DNA from: Mustelus asterias
Lineage: Eukaryota
Length of the DNA: 64,000 nucleotides
Assembly (NCBI RefSeq): GCF_964213995.1
Contig: NC_135815.1
Coordinates: 75,392,001 to 75,456,000, forward strand
Direction: 5' to 3'
Below, one piece after another: positions 63,501-64,000 of this stretch. Both the position numbers and the translations under genes were made by a program. Position 1 is the stretch's first letter; every line of letters begins with the position of its first letter. The notes below the pieces were generated by a model. It worked only from the letters and a program-made list of their open reading frames with translations, was not told the DNA's origin and made no database searches.

Positions 63501-64000
63501 TGTTACTTGTAGAAAGACATTATACTTACCTTTAAACACAGCCAACTTGTTCCCAAAACAAAAGGTCATTTAGTCTATTATTCACAAAAGTGAGATTATT
63601 GTCAAACAAAAGCAACAGAAGATGTTTCATAAAGGCCATCGGTACAAAAGGGAATAATCATGTGTTGCCACACAGATATCTTAGGAGGCGATACGAAAAC
63701 TAGTTTGCATGTTAATGCTTTTGTTCGTCATTAATGGGGGCCTACAGAATTATTTGCAAACATTTGCCTCTTTGTCCAAAAAACTATGATTTCCAGAATT
63801 TATTCATTGAGCTGCCTTCAATGATTTCTTAGTAATAAGCTCAAAACATAGATGCCCAATTGTTTGATGAGAGAGTATCTGTTGTTGTGGAACACTGCGC
63901 ATTAGCACAGTTCCATTGGCCCTATGGTACATGCTGTGTTTTGGACGAAGCAGTGAGCAGTCTGCAAAATGAATAAATGAACTGTATTCTTGGGGGTTAG

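Overview
This is vertebrate genomic DNA from a cartilaginous fish. The repeat content (HE1-type tRNA-derived SINEs, CR1 LINEs with an SGNH-esterase ORF1, Penelope-like elements, PIF/Harbinger) is typical of sharks. The only host coding sequence I recognise is one 172-nt internal exon of PACRG on the + strand (49329-49500), so the rest of the window is most likely PACRG intron filled with nested transposon relics. The most notable structure is a set of Penelope-like (PLE) insertions of very different sizes that share one build: a ~32-37 nt terminal tail, an inverted pseudo-LTR hairpin and, in two cases, a target-site duplication. One is an almost perfect 1.1-kb palindrome. Their pseudo-LTRs carry minimal hammerhead ribozyme motifs with compensatory base changes between copies. 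Other notable items are a twin-priming-type PLE inversion, a SINE insertion fused to a 176-bp copy of nearby DNA, a CR1 nested inside another CR1, and two Harbinger Myb/SANT genes that share a 66-nt intron. All calls were made by eye. Boundaries of degenerate repeats are approximate and family names need database confirmation.
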